DNA of 42,514 bases, taken from Escherichia phage vB_EcoP_PAS7. Positions 7,372-15,976 of this stretch are shown one piece after another (the first letter of the stretch is position 1; every line of letters starts with the position of its first letter). The notes beneath the pieces were generated by a model that saw only the letters and a program-made list of their open reading frames with translations, had not been told where the DNA came from and made no database searches. The translations under genes and the position numbers were made by a program. The stretch is from the sequence record OQ921331.1. One strand, 5' to 3'.

Positions 7372-8582
7372 GCAGCATACTGATTTGGGATATTGAAACG
7401 CAGAACGTACCTTACTATGGCGGGGTTGCTACACCTTACTGCCCAGATAACTACATTGTGGAATCAGGCTTCAGGATTGATAGAACTAATCCAGATGGTA
7501 CGGTGACGTGCAGTGATGTAGGTAGCGTGCGTTACGAGTCGCGGGAGGAGTTCATCTCAGCACCTAGTAGTCAGTGGTTGCCTATTCAGGACGATACTTG
7601 GTTAATGGTAATGCATAACGCCGCATATGAGATTAGCTGGGCGTTGACGTTTGCTAGGGAAGAGTTTGAAGCATTCCTGAAACGGGGAGGGCGCGTATTC
7701 GATACAATGCAAGGCGAGTACATTGCCTCAGACTTCCAAAACCTTTACCCATCATTAGATGAGACGGCTCCTAAGTACGGCGGCAGCCACAAGGTTGACG
7801 GCGTTAAACTGCTATGGCAGCAGGGCGTGTTAACAGCAGATATTGACCCTGTACTGCTGCATGAGTATCTAACAGGGCCAGAAGGTGATATCGTAAACAC
7901 AGCGTTATGCTTCTACGGGCAGTGTGCAGTGTTCGCTGAGCGTGGGCAGATGCCTATGGTCTGGGAAAGGATGGATAGTGTACTGGCCTTAGCCTACTGC
8001 GAGTTCAACGGTGTGTACGTAGACATGCCTACAGCCAGAGCTAACCAGAAGGAGCAGGAGGACGCTATAGCAGAGCTGAAGCAGACGCTGCAAGGCTTCT
8101 TACCTGAACTGCCTGAGGGATTTGAGTTCAACTGGAACAGCGGTTATCATATGAGTGCGTTGGTGTACGGCGGTACGGTTAAGTACAAGTGCAAGGTCCC
8201 GTATGACCCGCCAAAGTTTGTAAAGTTCGATGCCTACCTGGCCGATGTTAAGGGTACTCAGCAATACATAGATGTTAATGATTGGCAAGATAGCTGGACG
8301 TACAGCCGTGAAGTGTTTAAGTCTGGACGTAATAAAGGTCTGCCCAAAGTTTACAAGGTGGAAAGTTCAGAGCAGTCTATGAAGTGGGGTGAGCGCCTGT
8401 ATAAGTTCGAAGGGCTTGTGCACATCCAAGACCTACCAGCAGTATTGCAAGAGAAGTACGCAGAGCGCGGAGAGTTCCGAGGTGCTCAGACATTGGCAGA
8501 TGGTACACCTGTGTTCAGTACAGGGACTGATGCTATGAAAGAACTGGCTAACTATTTTATTGGGATGGAAGAGAATGAGTAA
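7368..8582 (+). CDS. DNA polymerase part I (3'-5' exonuclease domain and N-terminal polymerase region)
   Basis: Exo I motif IWDIETQN near the N-terminus; ends at TAA 8580-8582, overlapping the start of part II in another frame. Confidence 0.7.
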   Translation: MSSILIWDIETQNVPYYGGVATPYCPDNYIVESGFRIDRTNPDGTVTCSDVGSVRYESREEFISAPSSQWLPIQDDTWLMVMHNAAYEISWALTFAREEFEAFLKRGGRVFDTMQGEYIASDFQNLYPSLDETAPKYGGSHKVDGVKLLWQQGVLTADIDPVLLHEYLTGPEGDIVNTALCFYGQCAVFAERGQMPMVWERMDSVLALAYCEFNGVYVDMPTARANQKEQEDAIAELKQTLQGFLPELPEGFEFNWNSGYHMSALVYGGTVKYKCKVPYDPPKFVKFDAYLADVKGTQQYIDVNDWQDSWTYSREVFKSGRNKGLPKVYKVESSEQSMKWGERLYKFEGLVHIQDLPAVLQEKYAERGEFRGAQTLADGTPVFSTGTDAMKELANYFIGMEENE

Positions 8583-9729
8583 CAAGGCTTCGGAGTTCTT
8601 CAAGGCATACAGTGAGATGACCTTGCGTGAGAAAGATTTAGGCTTCTATGAGAAGAAGGAATTTAACAAGGACGGTAGCCTGCGTAAGACTACAGGTATG
8701 CTTCCGTATGTAATCCCTCAGAAGGAAGACGGCAGCGGCATCATTCATCACAGATTGAATCACTGCTCAACCACGACCGGACGACTATCAGCATCTAACC
8801 CGAATATGCAGCAGTTGCCGCGTGAATCTAAGGTTAAGCAGATTCTGCGTAGTCGTTACGGTGAGCAAGGTATGATTGCTCAGTGTGACTACTCAGCTAT
8901 GGAAGTTGTAATGGGCTGTGTAATAACAGGTGATAAGAAACTACTATCCTTGCTTGAAGCTGGTACAGATATGCACTGCTATCGTTTAGCATTCCAAGAG
9001 GGTATGCCTTATGAAGAAGTCTACGAGCTTTGCCATAACCCGGATGCACCTAACCATAAGGAATGGAAGAAGAAACGAACAGCAATCAAAACCTTCAGCT
9101 TCGCAGCGCAGTATGGAGCTTCCGCTAAAGGACTGGCGTTCGCCTCTGGTGCCAGCCTGAAGGACGCTGAGAAGTTCTTAGCTAACGAAGAAGCCCTGTT
9201 CCCTGAATCTATTAAGTACCGTGATGTAATTGCAGCAGAGGTAAATCGTACAGCACTGTTAGAGCCTATGCGCCGCGAGCAATCAGATGATGGTAGCTGG
9301 CGTATCTATCGGGAAGGCTATTTTACTGCTCCTTGTGGTACTCGTTACCGCTTCCGTCAGAAACCTGTATGGCGTGAAGGTAAGCAGGTCATGGACTTTA
9401 AACCTACAGAGATGGCTAACTATCCATTTCAAGGTTCAGGTTCTCTGCTTATGCTTATTGCGATGGGTATGATTCTGCGCGCAGGATTAGCTACGGATTG
9501 GGGTAACGGTAGTTGGTGCTTGTTAGCAACTGTACATGACTCCGTATATTGTGACTGTAAAGATGAGTCAACGGCGAGGGAAGTAGGTCAATTAATTAAG
9601 AAATGTATGGAAGGTGCAAGAGATAGAATGCTGCAACTTTGGCCTAACTTCGGAATACTACAGGACGTTAAATTCCCTGCCGAGTGTGGTATTGGTAAAT
9701 CATTTAAAGAGGAGCAGGTACTTGGCTAA
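8575..9729 (+). CDS. DNA polymerase part II (family A palm/fingers)
   Basis: Motif A CDYSAMEVV, motif B RTAIKTFSFAAQYGAS, motif C VHDSVYCD. ATG at 8575 is in the frame of ORF track 8560..9729. Confidence 0.7.
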   Translation: MSNKASEFFKAYSEMTLREKDLGFYEKKEFNKDGSLRKTTGMLPYVIPQKEDGSGIIHHRLNHCSTTTGRLSASNPNMQQLPRESKVKQILRSRYGEQGMIAQCDYSAMEVVMGCVITGDKKLLSLLEAGTDMHCYRLAFQEGMPYEEVYELCHNPDAPNHKEWKKKRTAIKTFSFAAQYGASAKGLAFASGASLKDAEKFLANEEALFPESIKYRDVIAAEVNRTALLEPMRREQSDDGSWRIYREGYFTAPCGTRYRFRQKPVWREGKQVMDFKPTEMANYPFQGSGSLLMLIAMGMILRAGLATDWGNGSWCLLATVHDSVYCDCKDESTAREVGQLIKKCMEGARDRMLQLWPNFGILQDVKFPAECGIGKSFKEEQVLG

Positions 9730-10225
9730 AGTTACTAAACCTATACCGGAAGGCATACGGGAATTTTGGAGATATGATTCTGAGAGTGGGAAATTAATAT
9801 GCATACAAAACATAAAGCGCACTAAGTACAGTGAAGGCATAGTTGCAGCTAGTCTTACAACTACAGGTAATTATCTAAAGCTGAATTTTAATAAGGTAAG
9901 CTACCTTCAGCATCGGGTAGCATGGTTCCTTTACTATAATGAACAACCTCCTGAAGTTATAGACCACAAGGACGGTAACGGCCTTAACAACGCTATAAAC
10001 AACCTGCGTGCTGCAGATGATGGTTGTAACATGATGGACATTACTGTAACTGCTAAATCCACTACAGGTATTAAAGGTGTCATGCCTGTACGGGGAGGTA
10101 AGCTGTTCCGTGCCGAAGTATGTGTAGATGGTAAGCGCTACCAGAAGCACAGCAAGGACGTAGCTTTCTTAGAGCAGTGGGTACAGGCTAAGCGTAAAGA
10201 ATTACACGGAGAGTTTTATAAATAG
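9722..10225 (+). CDS. HNH-AP2 homing endonuclease (paralog 1 of 3)
   Basis: HNH motif EVIDHKDGNGLNNAINNLRA followed by an AP2-like region; no in-frame ATG, likely TTG start at 9722 with an AAGAGGAG RBS; paralogous to 12767..13219 and 19681..20157. Confidence 0.6.
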   Translation: MAKVTKPIPEGIREFWRYDSESGKLICIQNIKRTKYSEGIVAASLTTTGNYLKLNFNKVSYLQHRVAWFLYYNEQPPEVIDHKDGNGLNNAINNLRAADDGCNMMDITVTAKSTTGIKGVMPVRGGKLFRAEVCVDGKRYQKHSKDVAFLEQWVQAKRKELHGEFYK

Positions 10226-10228
10226 CTG

Positions 10229-10257
10229 TTGACAAGCAGGGATGCTTTCCGTATAGT
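10229..10257. promoter_or_regulatory. sigma70-like promoter P3 (TTGACA-17-TATAGT)
   Basis: -35 at 10229-10234, 17-nt spacer, -10 at 10252-10257. Confidence 0.6.
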
Positions 10258-10344
10258 ACACACATCGACGAGGCAGGGAGCCAACCGGAAACGGTCAGTA
10301 GCGTCAGCAAGCATACGAAGAGCTGATAAGTATTAAGAAAGAGA

Positions 10345-10373
10345 TTGACAAGCAGTAACGAAGTAAGTAAGAT
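10345..10373. promoter_or_regulatory. sigma70-like promoter P4 (TTGACA-17-TAAGAT)
   Basis: -35 at 10345-10350, 17-nt spacer, -10 at 10368-10373; directly precedes element copy 3. Confidence 0.5.
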
Positions 10374-10379
10374 GTGCCA

Positions 10380-10510
10380 CATAGCAAGACGTTAACCGAG
10401 GACGATAAGCGGTTGCCCTTCTGAAGTCTCTGGGTAGATAAAACGAGACTGAACGGTTCCTCCCGTACACGGATAATTCAGTGTGATGCAGATGAGAGTC
10501 TAGGAGAAAT
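10380..10510 (+). ncRNA. candidate structured RNA element, copy 3 of 3
   Basis: AGACGTTAACCGAGGACGATAAGCGG...; hairpin stem AGTCTC 10425-10430 / GAGACT 10445-10450 with loop TGGGTAGATAAAAC; downstream block matches copy 2. Confidence 0.5.
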
Positions 10511-10589
10511 AAGACTCGCTAACTTAAGTAGGGTTAGTGATGCAGTCTTCAGAGATTGCAGCCTTAACTTTATTAATAGGAGGTAGTAG

Positions 10590-10778
10590 ATGAAAGTAAG
10601 AATCATCAATCACGATGCTTATGGTCCTTTCTTAACTGATACATGTAAGGAACTGTACGCAGTAGGTACAGTGCATGAAGTACAAGATTTCTTCCCTGAC
10701 ACGGGGGAGGTTATCTTAGGGTATGAAGATGAAGGATTTACCTTTGATCCATCAGAGTATGAAGTTGTGGAGGAGTAG
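10590..10778 (+). CDS. hypothetical small acidic protein
   Basis: ORF track, 62 aa; AGGAGG RBS; followed by a terminator. Confidence 0.5.
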   Translation: MKVRIINHDAYGPFLTDTCKELYAVGTVHEVQDFFPDTGEVILGYEDEGFTFDPSEYEVVEE

Positions 10779-10782
10779 GTGT

Positions 10783-10809
10783 AGCCCTGCGTAGGAAGGG
10801 CTTTATTAT
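10783..10809 (+). terminator. rho-independent terminator
   Basis: Stem AGCCCT 10783-10788 / AGGGCT 10797-10802, then TTATTAT. Confidence 0.5.
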
Positions 10810-10866
10810 AGCACGAATGCTGAGATTTGTACAGTAATAAATTAATTATTTACATAAGGGTTAAAT

Positions 10867-11612
10867 ATGAACTATTTAGATATCTGCGAGAAGTACAATG
10901 TAGGAAGCCTGCGCGACGCTAACCTGCGCGACGCTGACCTGTACGGCGCTAACCTGTACGGCGCTGACCTGCGCGACGCTAACCTGTACGGCGCTAACCT
11001 GTGCGGCGCTGACCTGCGCGACGCTAACCTGTACGGCGCTAACCTGTGCGGCGCTGACCTGCGCGGCGCTAACCTGCGCGGCGCTAACCTGCGCGGCGCT
11101 AACCTGTACGGCGCTAACCTGCGCGGCGCTAACCTGCGCCTAACCTGCGCGGCGCTAACCTGTACGGCGCTAACCTGCGCGGCGCTAACCTGCGCGGCGC
11201 TAACCTGTGCGGCGCTAACCTGTGCGGCGCTAACCTGCGCGGCGCTAACCTGCGCGGCGCTAACCTGTACGGCGCTAACCTGCGCGACGCTAACCTGCGC
11301 GACGCTGACCTGTGCGGCGCTGACCTGCGCGACGCTGACCTGTGCGGCGCTAACCTGCGCGGCGCTGACCTGCATGGGACTGACTTGATTGTAATTTATG
11401 GGGAACAGTACTTTATTAGCCTATACAAGGGAACAGTACGCGCAGGTTGTCAGTCGCATACGATAGCGGAGTGGCGAAGTTTTAGTAAGGAAGAAGTAAT
11501 TGCTATGGACGGGCGTAATTCTCTTAAATACTACCCACGTCTTTTAGACATCATTGATTTTTACTGTGGTAAGGGCGAGCGTCCTGATTGGGTAATGAAA
11601 ATAAACAAGTAA
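10867..11612 (+). pseudogene. pentapeptide-repeat protein, frame disrupted at about 11139-11141 by a 4-nt indel in the tandem-repeat region
   Basis: Frame 1 reads A(D/N)LXX pentapeptide repeats ([15 protein letters not shown]...) up to 11139. The repeat unit AACCTGCGCGGCGCT is shortened to AACCTGCGCCT at 11131-11141; the repeat frame continues in another frame to the stop at 11612, with a non-repeat C-terminal domain (ORF track 11385..11612). Confidence 0.55.
10921..11370. repeat. tandem 15-bp repeat array (about 30 units, consensus AACCTGCGCGGCGCT)
   Basis: Direct reading: 15-nt units with variants GAC/AAC, TAC/TGC/CGC and GGC/GAC; one truncated unit near 11131-11141. Confidence 0.9.
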
Positions 11613-11696
11613 ATAAACTATTGACTTCTTCCAGTAAGTATGAAACTTGCTGGATAGAAGTATCACTATAAGATAACACTACAAGGATTAAACAAT

Positions 11697-12683
11697 ATGC
11701 CGCGCATCAATGCCATTAAACTCTTCACTAAAGAACAGCACCAAGAAATTCTGAGCAAGTATAAATCAAACGCTGAGGCAGCAGCAGCATACAACGCAGC
11801 ATCTGGTTTAGATGAACCTGTGGCTTATCGTCAGCTTGTTAAGTACTGGCGCAGAATCTACGAAGCAGCTAATGGCAGTAAAGCGAAAGCTAATAAAGGG
11901 CTGGTTGAAGCGCGTAAGCTAATACAACCTTCCCCTACAGATGATATCGGTAATACTGATGTTCCTGACATGTGTCGCCGTATTCTTGTCATTGGTGACC
12001 TGCACGCTCCTTACACCCACCCTGATGCCCTCGATTTCCTTCGTTCTGTCCGAGACAGTTACGGTCCTGACATGGTTGTTCAGGTAGGTGACGAGACTGA
12101 CGGGCACGCTATTAGCTTCCATGACTCTGACCCGGACTTGGATAGCGCAGGTGTTGAACTTGAGAAAGCTAAGCAGTATCTAGCTAAGGTGCATGACCTG
12201 TTCCCTAACCTGCTGGTGTGCGACTCGAACCACGGTAGCTTGGTGTACCGCCGCGCTAAAGCGCATGGCCTGCCAGTACAGTTCATTAAAAAGTACCGCG
12301 ATATCCTGTTCCCAGAACACGGTGCTAAGAAGTGGAGCTGGTCAGACGCTTGGGTATTGAATACTCCGACCGGACCAGTACGCTTCCAACATCAAGTATC
12401 TGGTGACCTTATGCTGAACGCTTCGCATGAACGCACCAGCATGGTAATCGGTCACCACCATGCGTTATACGATATTAAGTATGCAGCAAGCAGCACGGCA
12501 TTGTACTTCGGTGCGCATGCAGGTTGCTTGATTGACCACAAAGCTATGGCCTTTGCTTACGGTAAGCTGACTCGTAATAAGCCTATCCTCGGTGTAATGA
12601 CTATTACCGAAGGATGTCCTAGTCTGATTCCTATGCTACTGGATGCGGAAGGACGTTGGGTTAATCGTAAGAAGAAACGCTAA
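11697..12683 (+). CDS. calcineurin-like metallophosphoesterase
   Basis: Metallophosphatase motifs VIGDLH, GDETDGH and DSNHGS. Confidence 0.6.
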   Translation: MPRINAIKLFTKEQHQEILSKYKSNAEAAAAYNAASGLDEPVAYRQLVKYWRRIYEAANGSKAKANKGLVEARKLIQPSPTDDIGNTDVPDMCRRILVIGDLHAPYTHPDALDFLRSVRDSYGPDMVVQVGDETDGHAISFHDSDPDLDSAGVELEKAKQYLAKVHDLFPNLLVCDSNHGSLVYRRAKAHGLPVQFIKKYRDILFPEHGAKKWSWSDAWVLNTPTGPVRFQHQVSGDLMLNASHERTSMVIGHHHALYDIKYAASSTALYFGAHAGCLIDHKAMAFAYGKLTRNKPILGVMTITEGCPSLIPMLLDAEGRWVNRKKKR

Positions 12684-12766
12684 GCCTACATAAGCAGCTT
12701 AAAAATGCATTACCAGCACGAGCGGGGAACACCTCGCCGTGTAATCAAACTACTTAAGGAAACGTA

Positions 12767-13219
12767 ATGACTGAAGAGTTAATACGCGAATACCTTGCGC
12801 TAGACCCTTCTAGTCCTACTAATCTGAAGTGGATTAAGACTTCTGGCAGCCGGGTTAAGTTAGGGTCTGTGCAAGGTTATCTAAACTCGCATGGTTATGT
12901 TAAGGTTAAACTCAAAGGAAAGGCGCTGTCGCTGCATCGCGCAGTGTTCTTATTACATTATGGATACCTTCCATATGAGGTAGATCATGTAAATAGGGAT
13001 AAGACTGATAACAGACCTGATAATCTTAGAGCAGCAACTAGAAGCTCTAACTGCCATAATAAGAACTGCACGGGATTTAACTTTGATAAGAAGTCACAGA
13101 AGTTTAGAGTCCGTGTGCAAGTAACTACCACTAAGCGAATTACTGTAGGCTGGTATGATAGTCCATTTGAGGCTAGGGCAGCTTACTTAACGTTCAAAAC
13201 AGCTAACAATCTAATCTAA
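12767..13219 (+). CDS. HNH-AP2 homing endonuclease (paralog 2 of 3)
   Basis: EYLALDPSSPTNLKWIK N-terminus, HNH motif VDHVNRDKTDNRPDNLRA, AP2-like C-terminus; close paralog of 19681..20157. Confidence 0.65.
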   Translation: MTEELIREYLALDPSSPTNLKWIKTSGSRVKLGSVQGYLNSHGYVKVKLKGKALSLHRAVFLLHYGYLPYEVDHVNRDKTDNRPDNLRAATRSSNCHNKNCTGFNFDKKSQKFRVRVQVTTTKRITVGWYDSPFEARAAYLTFKTANNLI

Positions 13220-13230
13220 GGAACTACATT

Positions 13231-14034
13231 ATGACTATTAACTTATCCTCTCTGAACTCCCTTGTTAACTCTACTGTAGAAGCTCAAGGTATTGACCAGT
13301 CTGTTACCCAGAGCGGAGGTAATTTTGCAGACGTGTTACTTCCGCGTGGAAGCTACTATGGTCGTTTCATGGAGTACATCGAGCTGGGTAAAAAGATTCC
13401 TATGCACATGGGTAAACCTACTGGTAAGCCTGCTGTAATGAACGTGCGTTTAGGCTTCATCGTCTACACCCCAGACGGCAGCATTAAGCGTATCAACCCG
13501 TTCCCGATGGCTATCAGCAGCTTCGAGAAGGCTAAATTCAAGCAAGTGTTCGATAAGATGAACTACGACGGCACTCTGAAGCACATGGCCCAGCGTTTGG
13601 GTCAGGCGTTCATGTTCGAAGTTGAGCAGTACACTTCTAAGACTGGCAAGACTTCTAACACTATCGACTTCCTGAGTCTGCGCCAGCTGCCTAAGTTTGA
13701 CCCGAATACTGGCGCACCGATTGAACTGCCTGCACTGGATGAATCCGGTCTGCGTCTGTTCCTGTTCGACAACCCGACCAAAGAAACTTGGGATAGTCTG
13801 CACATTGAGAAGAACAACTTCATTCAGGAAGATATCCTGCAAGCTGTGAACTTTGAAGGCTCTGCATTGCAGCAGATGCTTATGGGCGGTGTTCCTGATA
13901 TGGCAGCAATGGCTGCGCCAGCTGCTGCTCCTGCAGCACCTGTAGCTCTGACTGCTCCGGCTGCACCTGCTGCCCCCATGACAGCTCCAGTGGCCCCGGC
14001 TATGCCAGCAGCACCAGTTGCACCAGCTATCTAA
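13231..14034 (+). CDS. hypothetical protein with Ala/Pro-rich C-terminal tail
   Basis: 267 aa; C-terminal 40 aa are AP-rich low complexity (AAPAAAPAAPVALTAPAAPAAPMTAPVAPAMPAAPVAPAI). Function not assignable from sequence. Confidence 0.5.
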   Translation: MTINLSSLNSLVNSTVEAQGIDQSVTQSGGNFADVLLPRGSYYGRFMEYIELGKKIPMHMGKPTGKPAVMNVRLGFIVYTPDGSIKRINPFPMAISSFEKAKFKQVFDKMNYDGTLKHMAQRLGQAFMFEVEQYTSKTGKTSNTIDFLSLRQLPKFDPNTGAPIELPALDESGLRLFLFDNPTKETWDSLHIEKNNFIQEDILQAVNFEGSALQQMLMGGVPDMAAMAAPAAAPAAPVALTAPAAPAAPMTAPVAPAMPAAPVAPAI

Positions 14035-14046
14035 TAAACTCGACCA

Positions 14047-14068
14047 ACGCCCCGCAAGGGGCTTTTAA
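14047..14068 (+). terminator. rho-independent terminator (GNRA-loop hairpin plus T run)
   Basis: GCCCC-GCAA-GGGGC at 14049-14062 followed by TTTT. Confidence 0.5.
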
Positions 14069-14081
14069 TAAGGATTAAGAA

Positions 14082-14465
14082 ATGACTGTAGAAATTGCAC
14101 AGACTAAAGAAGTACTGAAGACCTTCCAAGAAGTAGCAAGCGCAGTAGCTAGCTTTATCGTATCTCTGGATTCAGATGAAGCGGTATCGGTGCAGCCTAT
14201 TAAGAAAGCTATCGTAAAGCTGGCTGAGCAGTACGGCGCAGACTTCGGCATCGTAGAGAAAGAGATGCGAGAGAACAACGATATTGCAGCTAAGTCTGAA
14301 GAGTTACTAGATGACCCGCTGGTTTACGTACGCATTGCTGGTACATTAAACTCACATGTAGGTAATCTTGCAGCAGTAATCTACGACGTAGAGCAATCTG
14401 CAATGGGCATTGAAGTTATGGGCAACCTGCTCGGTACGGTTCTGATTCTGGAAGAGGCATACTAA
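14082..14465 (+). CDS. hypothetical protein
   Basis: ORF track, 127 aa; RBS-like AAGGATTAAGAA upstream. Confidence 0.5.
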   Translation: MTVEIAQTKEVLKTFQEVASAVASFIVSLDSDEAVSVQPIKKAIVKLAEQYGADFGIVEKEMRENNDIAAKSEELLDDPLVYVRIAGTLNSHVGNLAAVIYDVEQSAMGIEVMGNLLGTVLILEEAY

Positions 14466-14466
14466 T

Positions 14467-15387
14467 ATGATGATTGGCGGCGTTAATCTAGATACTCTGG
14501 CGGTTCAACTAGAGACGCCGCCAGTCTCTGATAAGGTACTGCTGTTAGATGCAGACCAGCATATATACAAAGCCGCTAGTACTGTTAAGCGGCTTGATAC
14601 TGCAATACGTAGGTTTTACCAGTCAGTACTAGAGGAGAAATTCTATGTTAACACTAAAGAAGTTCGGGCCTACATTACGCCTTCTAATAACTTTAAGTGC
14701 GGACGTTTCCTACTACCGACCGTTAAGCCCTATCAACAACAACGTTCAACTAGAGAAGAGCTACCTCTCAAGGCCCCACTTAAAGAACATCTTATCGCTA
14801 ATCCGCATGAATACGCAGCGCAAGGTATAGAAATTGTATTCGATTACTTAGCTGAAGCGGATGACCGTATCATAGAAGACAGCATTGAGTTCGGAGAGCG
14901 AGGTGTAGTTAGCAGCTTCGATAAAGATATGAATCTGTGCAGAGGTCCTAAGTGGAATCCCGAGCTGGGCACTATCGACACTATTGATAACGAGTACGGT
15001 TGGATAGATTACAATAAGGATAAAGGTAAGATTGTAGGACATGGCACAGCATTTTTCTGGGCGCAGATGCTAATGGGTGATACTGCTGACAACGTCAAAG
15101 GTATTCAAACTTTAAACGGTAAATCTTGCGGTCCGGCTAAGGCTTACGAGTTCTTAAAGGACTTCACAGATTCGACCAACTCAGCTAGGGCAGTAGTCCT
15201 AGCTTACGCTGAAATTAACCAGAACTTCCTAGCCGAGGCTGAATGCCTATGGCTGCACAGAAACAAAGATGATTCAGCATTCAAGTACATACACCCTTTG
15301 TTAGACGACGAGCTTCAGAAGTGGTGCGAGTCTCTACATTCCTACAACGAGGATTACAAAGCATGGCGACTTTCAACGCAGCAGTAG
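14467..15387 (+). CDS. 5'-3' exonuclease (FEN/T7 gp6-like)
   Basis: H3TH-like motif GDTADNVKGIQTLNGKSCGPAKA; position between replication genes and endonuclease. Confidence 0.65.
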   Translation: MMIGGVNLDTLAVQLETPPVSDKVLLLDADQHIYKAASTVKRLDTAIRRFYQSVLEEKFYVNTKEVRAYITPSNNFKCGRFLLPTVKPYQQQRSTREELPLKAPLKEHLIANPHEYAAQGIEIVFDYLAEADDRIIEDSIEFGERGVVSSFDKDMNLCRGPKWNPELGTIDTIDNEYGWIDYNKDKGKIVGHGTAFFWAQMLMGDTADNVKGIQTLNGKSCGPAKAYEFLKDFTDSTNSARAVVLAYAEINQNFLAEAECLWLHRNKDDSAFKYIHPLLDDELQKWCESLHSYNEDYKAWRLSTQQ

Positions 15388-15557
15388 AAGCAATCGTGGA
15401 ACTGTACTTCAAAGAAGAGTTCGCAGAGATGGAAGCTAAGCTGTCTGACTTGTACGATGTAAGTCCTGAGTTGTACAGACAAGCGCAGGTTAAGCTAGAA
15501 GATTTGATTGCAGAGCAACATTGCTTAGATGAAGGTGAGGAGCTTGATTTATGGTAA
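15363..15557 (+). CDS. hypothetical small acidic protein
   Basis: In frame with ORF track 15321..15557; ATG at 15363. Confidence 0.35.
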   Translation: MATFNAAVEAIVELYFKEEFAEMEAKLSDLYDVSPELYRQAQVKLEDLIAEQHCLDEGEELDLW

Positions 15558-15976
15558 TGCGTAAGGTTACACGTGCACAGTTAAGAAGCATCACTATGAA
15601 ACTGGCTAAGGAGCAGGGAGGTAACTGCCTGCTCTGCGGCGAGCCTTTGGACTTCTCAATTAAAGGGGCTAAAGGTGATAGCGTTGTTTGTGACCATGAC
15701 CATATTACTGGACGTATTCGTGGGGCATTGCACAGGTCGTGCAATGGGGGTGAGGGGAAAGTGGCGTCCGCTTGCGGTAGGTGGATTGTTGGTAGTATGG
15801 GTAGCAGTGCTGCTATCGCCAATGCTCTGCGCAATATGGCTGACTACTTAGAGCGTGAACCTACTGACTTCATTTATCCTACGCACAAAACAGAAGAAGA
15901 GAAGCGCCTAGCAGCTAACGCTAAGGCACGTAAGGCTAGGGCAACCCGTAAGGCAGCACAGGAGATTAAGAAATGA
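15551..15976 (+). CDS. endonuclease VII-like Holliday junction resolvase
   Basis: Motif CLLCGEPLD...VCDHDHITGRIRGALHRSCN matches the T4 endonuclease VII family pattern. Confidence 0.65.
   Translation: MVMRKVTRAQLRSITMKLAKEQGGNCLLCGEPLDFSIKGAKGDSVVCDHDHITGRIRGALHRSCNGGEGKVASACGRWIVGSMGSSAAIANALRNMADYLEREPTDFIYPTHKTEEEKRLAANAKARKARATRKAAQEIKK

Noticed and set aside
10921-11370. Possible CRISPR array suggested by the regular short direct repeats
   Set aside because: The units are contiguous 15-mers with no spacers, lie inside a coding frame and encode pentapeptide repeats. This is a coding tandem repeat, not a CRISPR array.
10872-11375. 167-aa minus-strand ORF ([10 protein letters not shown]...) spanning the pentapeptide-repeat region
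   Set aside because: It is the reverse-complement reading of the same 15-bp tandem repeat. It is open only because the repeat lacks stop codons on that strand and has no RBS or gene context.
11620-11690. Possible promoter upstream of the metallophosphoesterase (TTGACT at 11623; TCACTATAAG resembling a T7 promoter core)
   Set aside because: No -10 hexamer at proper spacing from the TTGACT, and the resemblance to the T7 promoter is limited to 8 nt; phiKMV-like RNAPs use different promoters.
12080-12286. Minus-strand ORFs within the metallophosphoesterase, RNAP, tail and core genes (for example 12080..12286, 17400..17801, 18327..18752, 23059..23547, 32699..33250)
   Set aside because: All lie antisense inside well-supported + strand genes with recognisable motifs. 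They are typical spurious antisense ORFs in a genome transcribed entirely from one strand.
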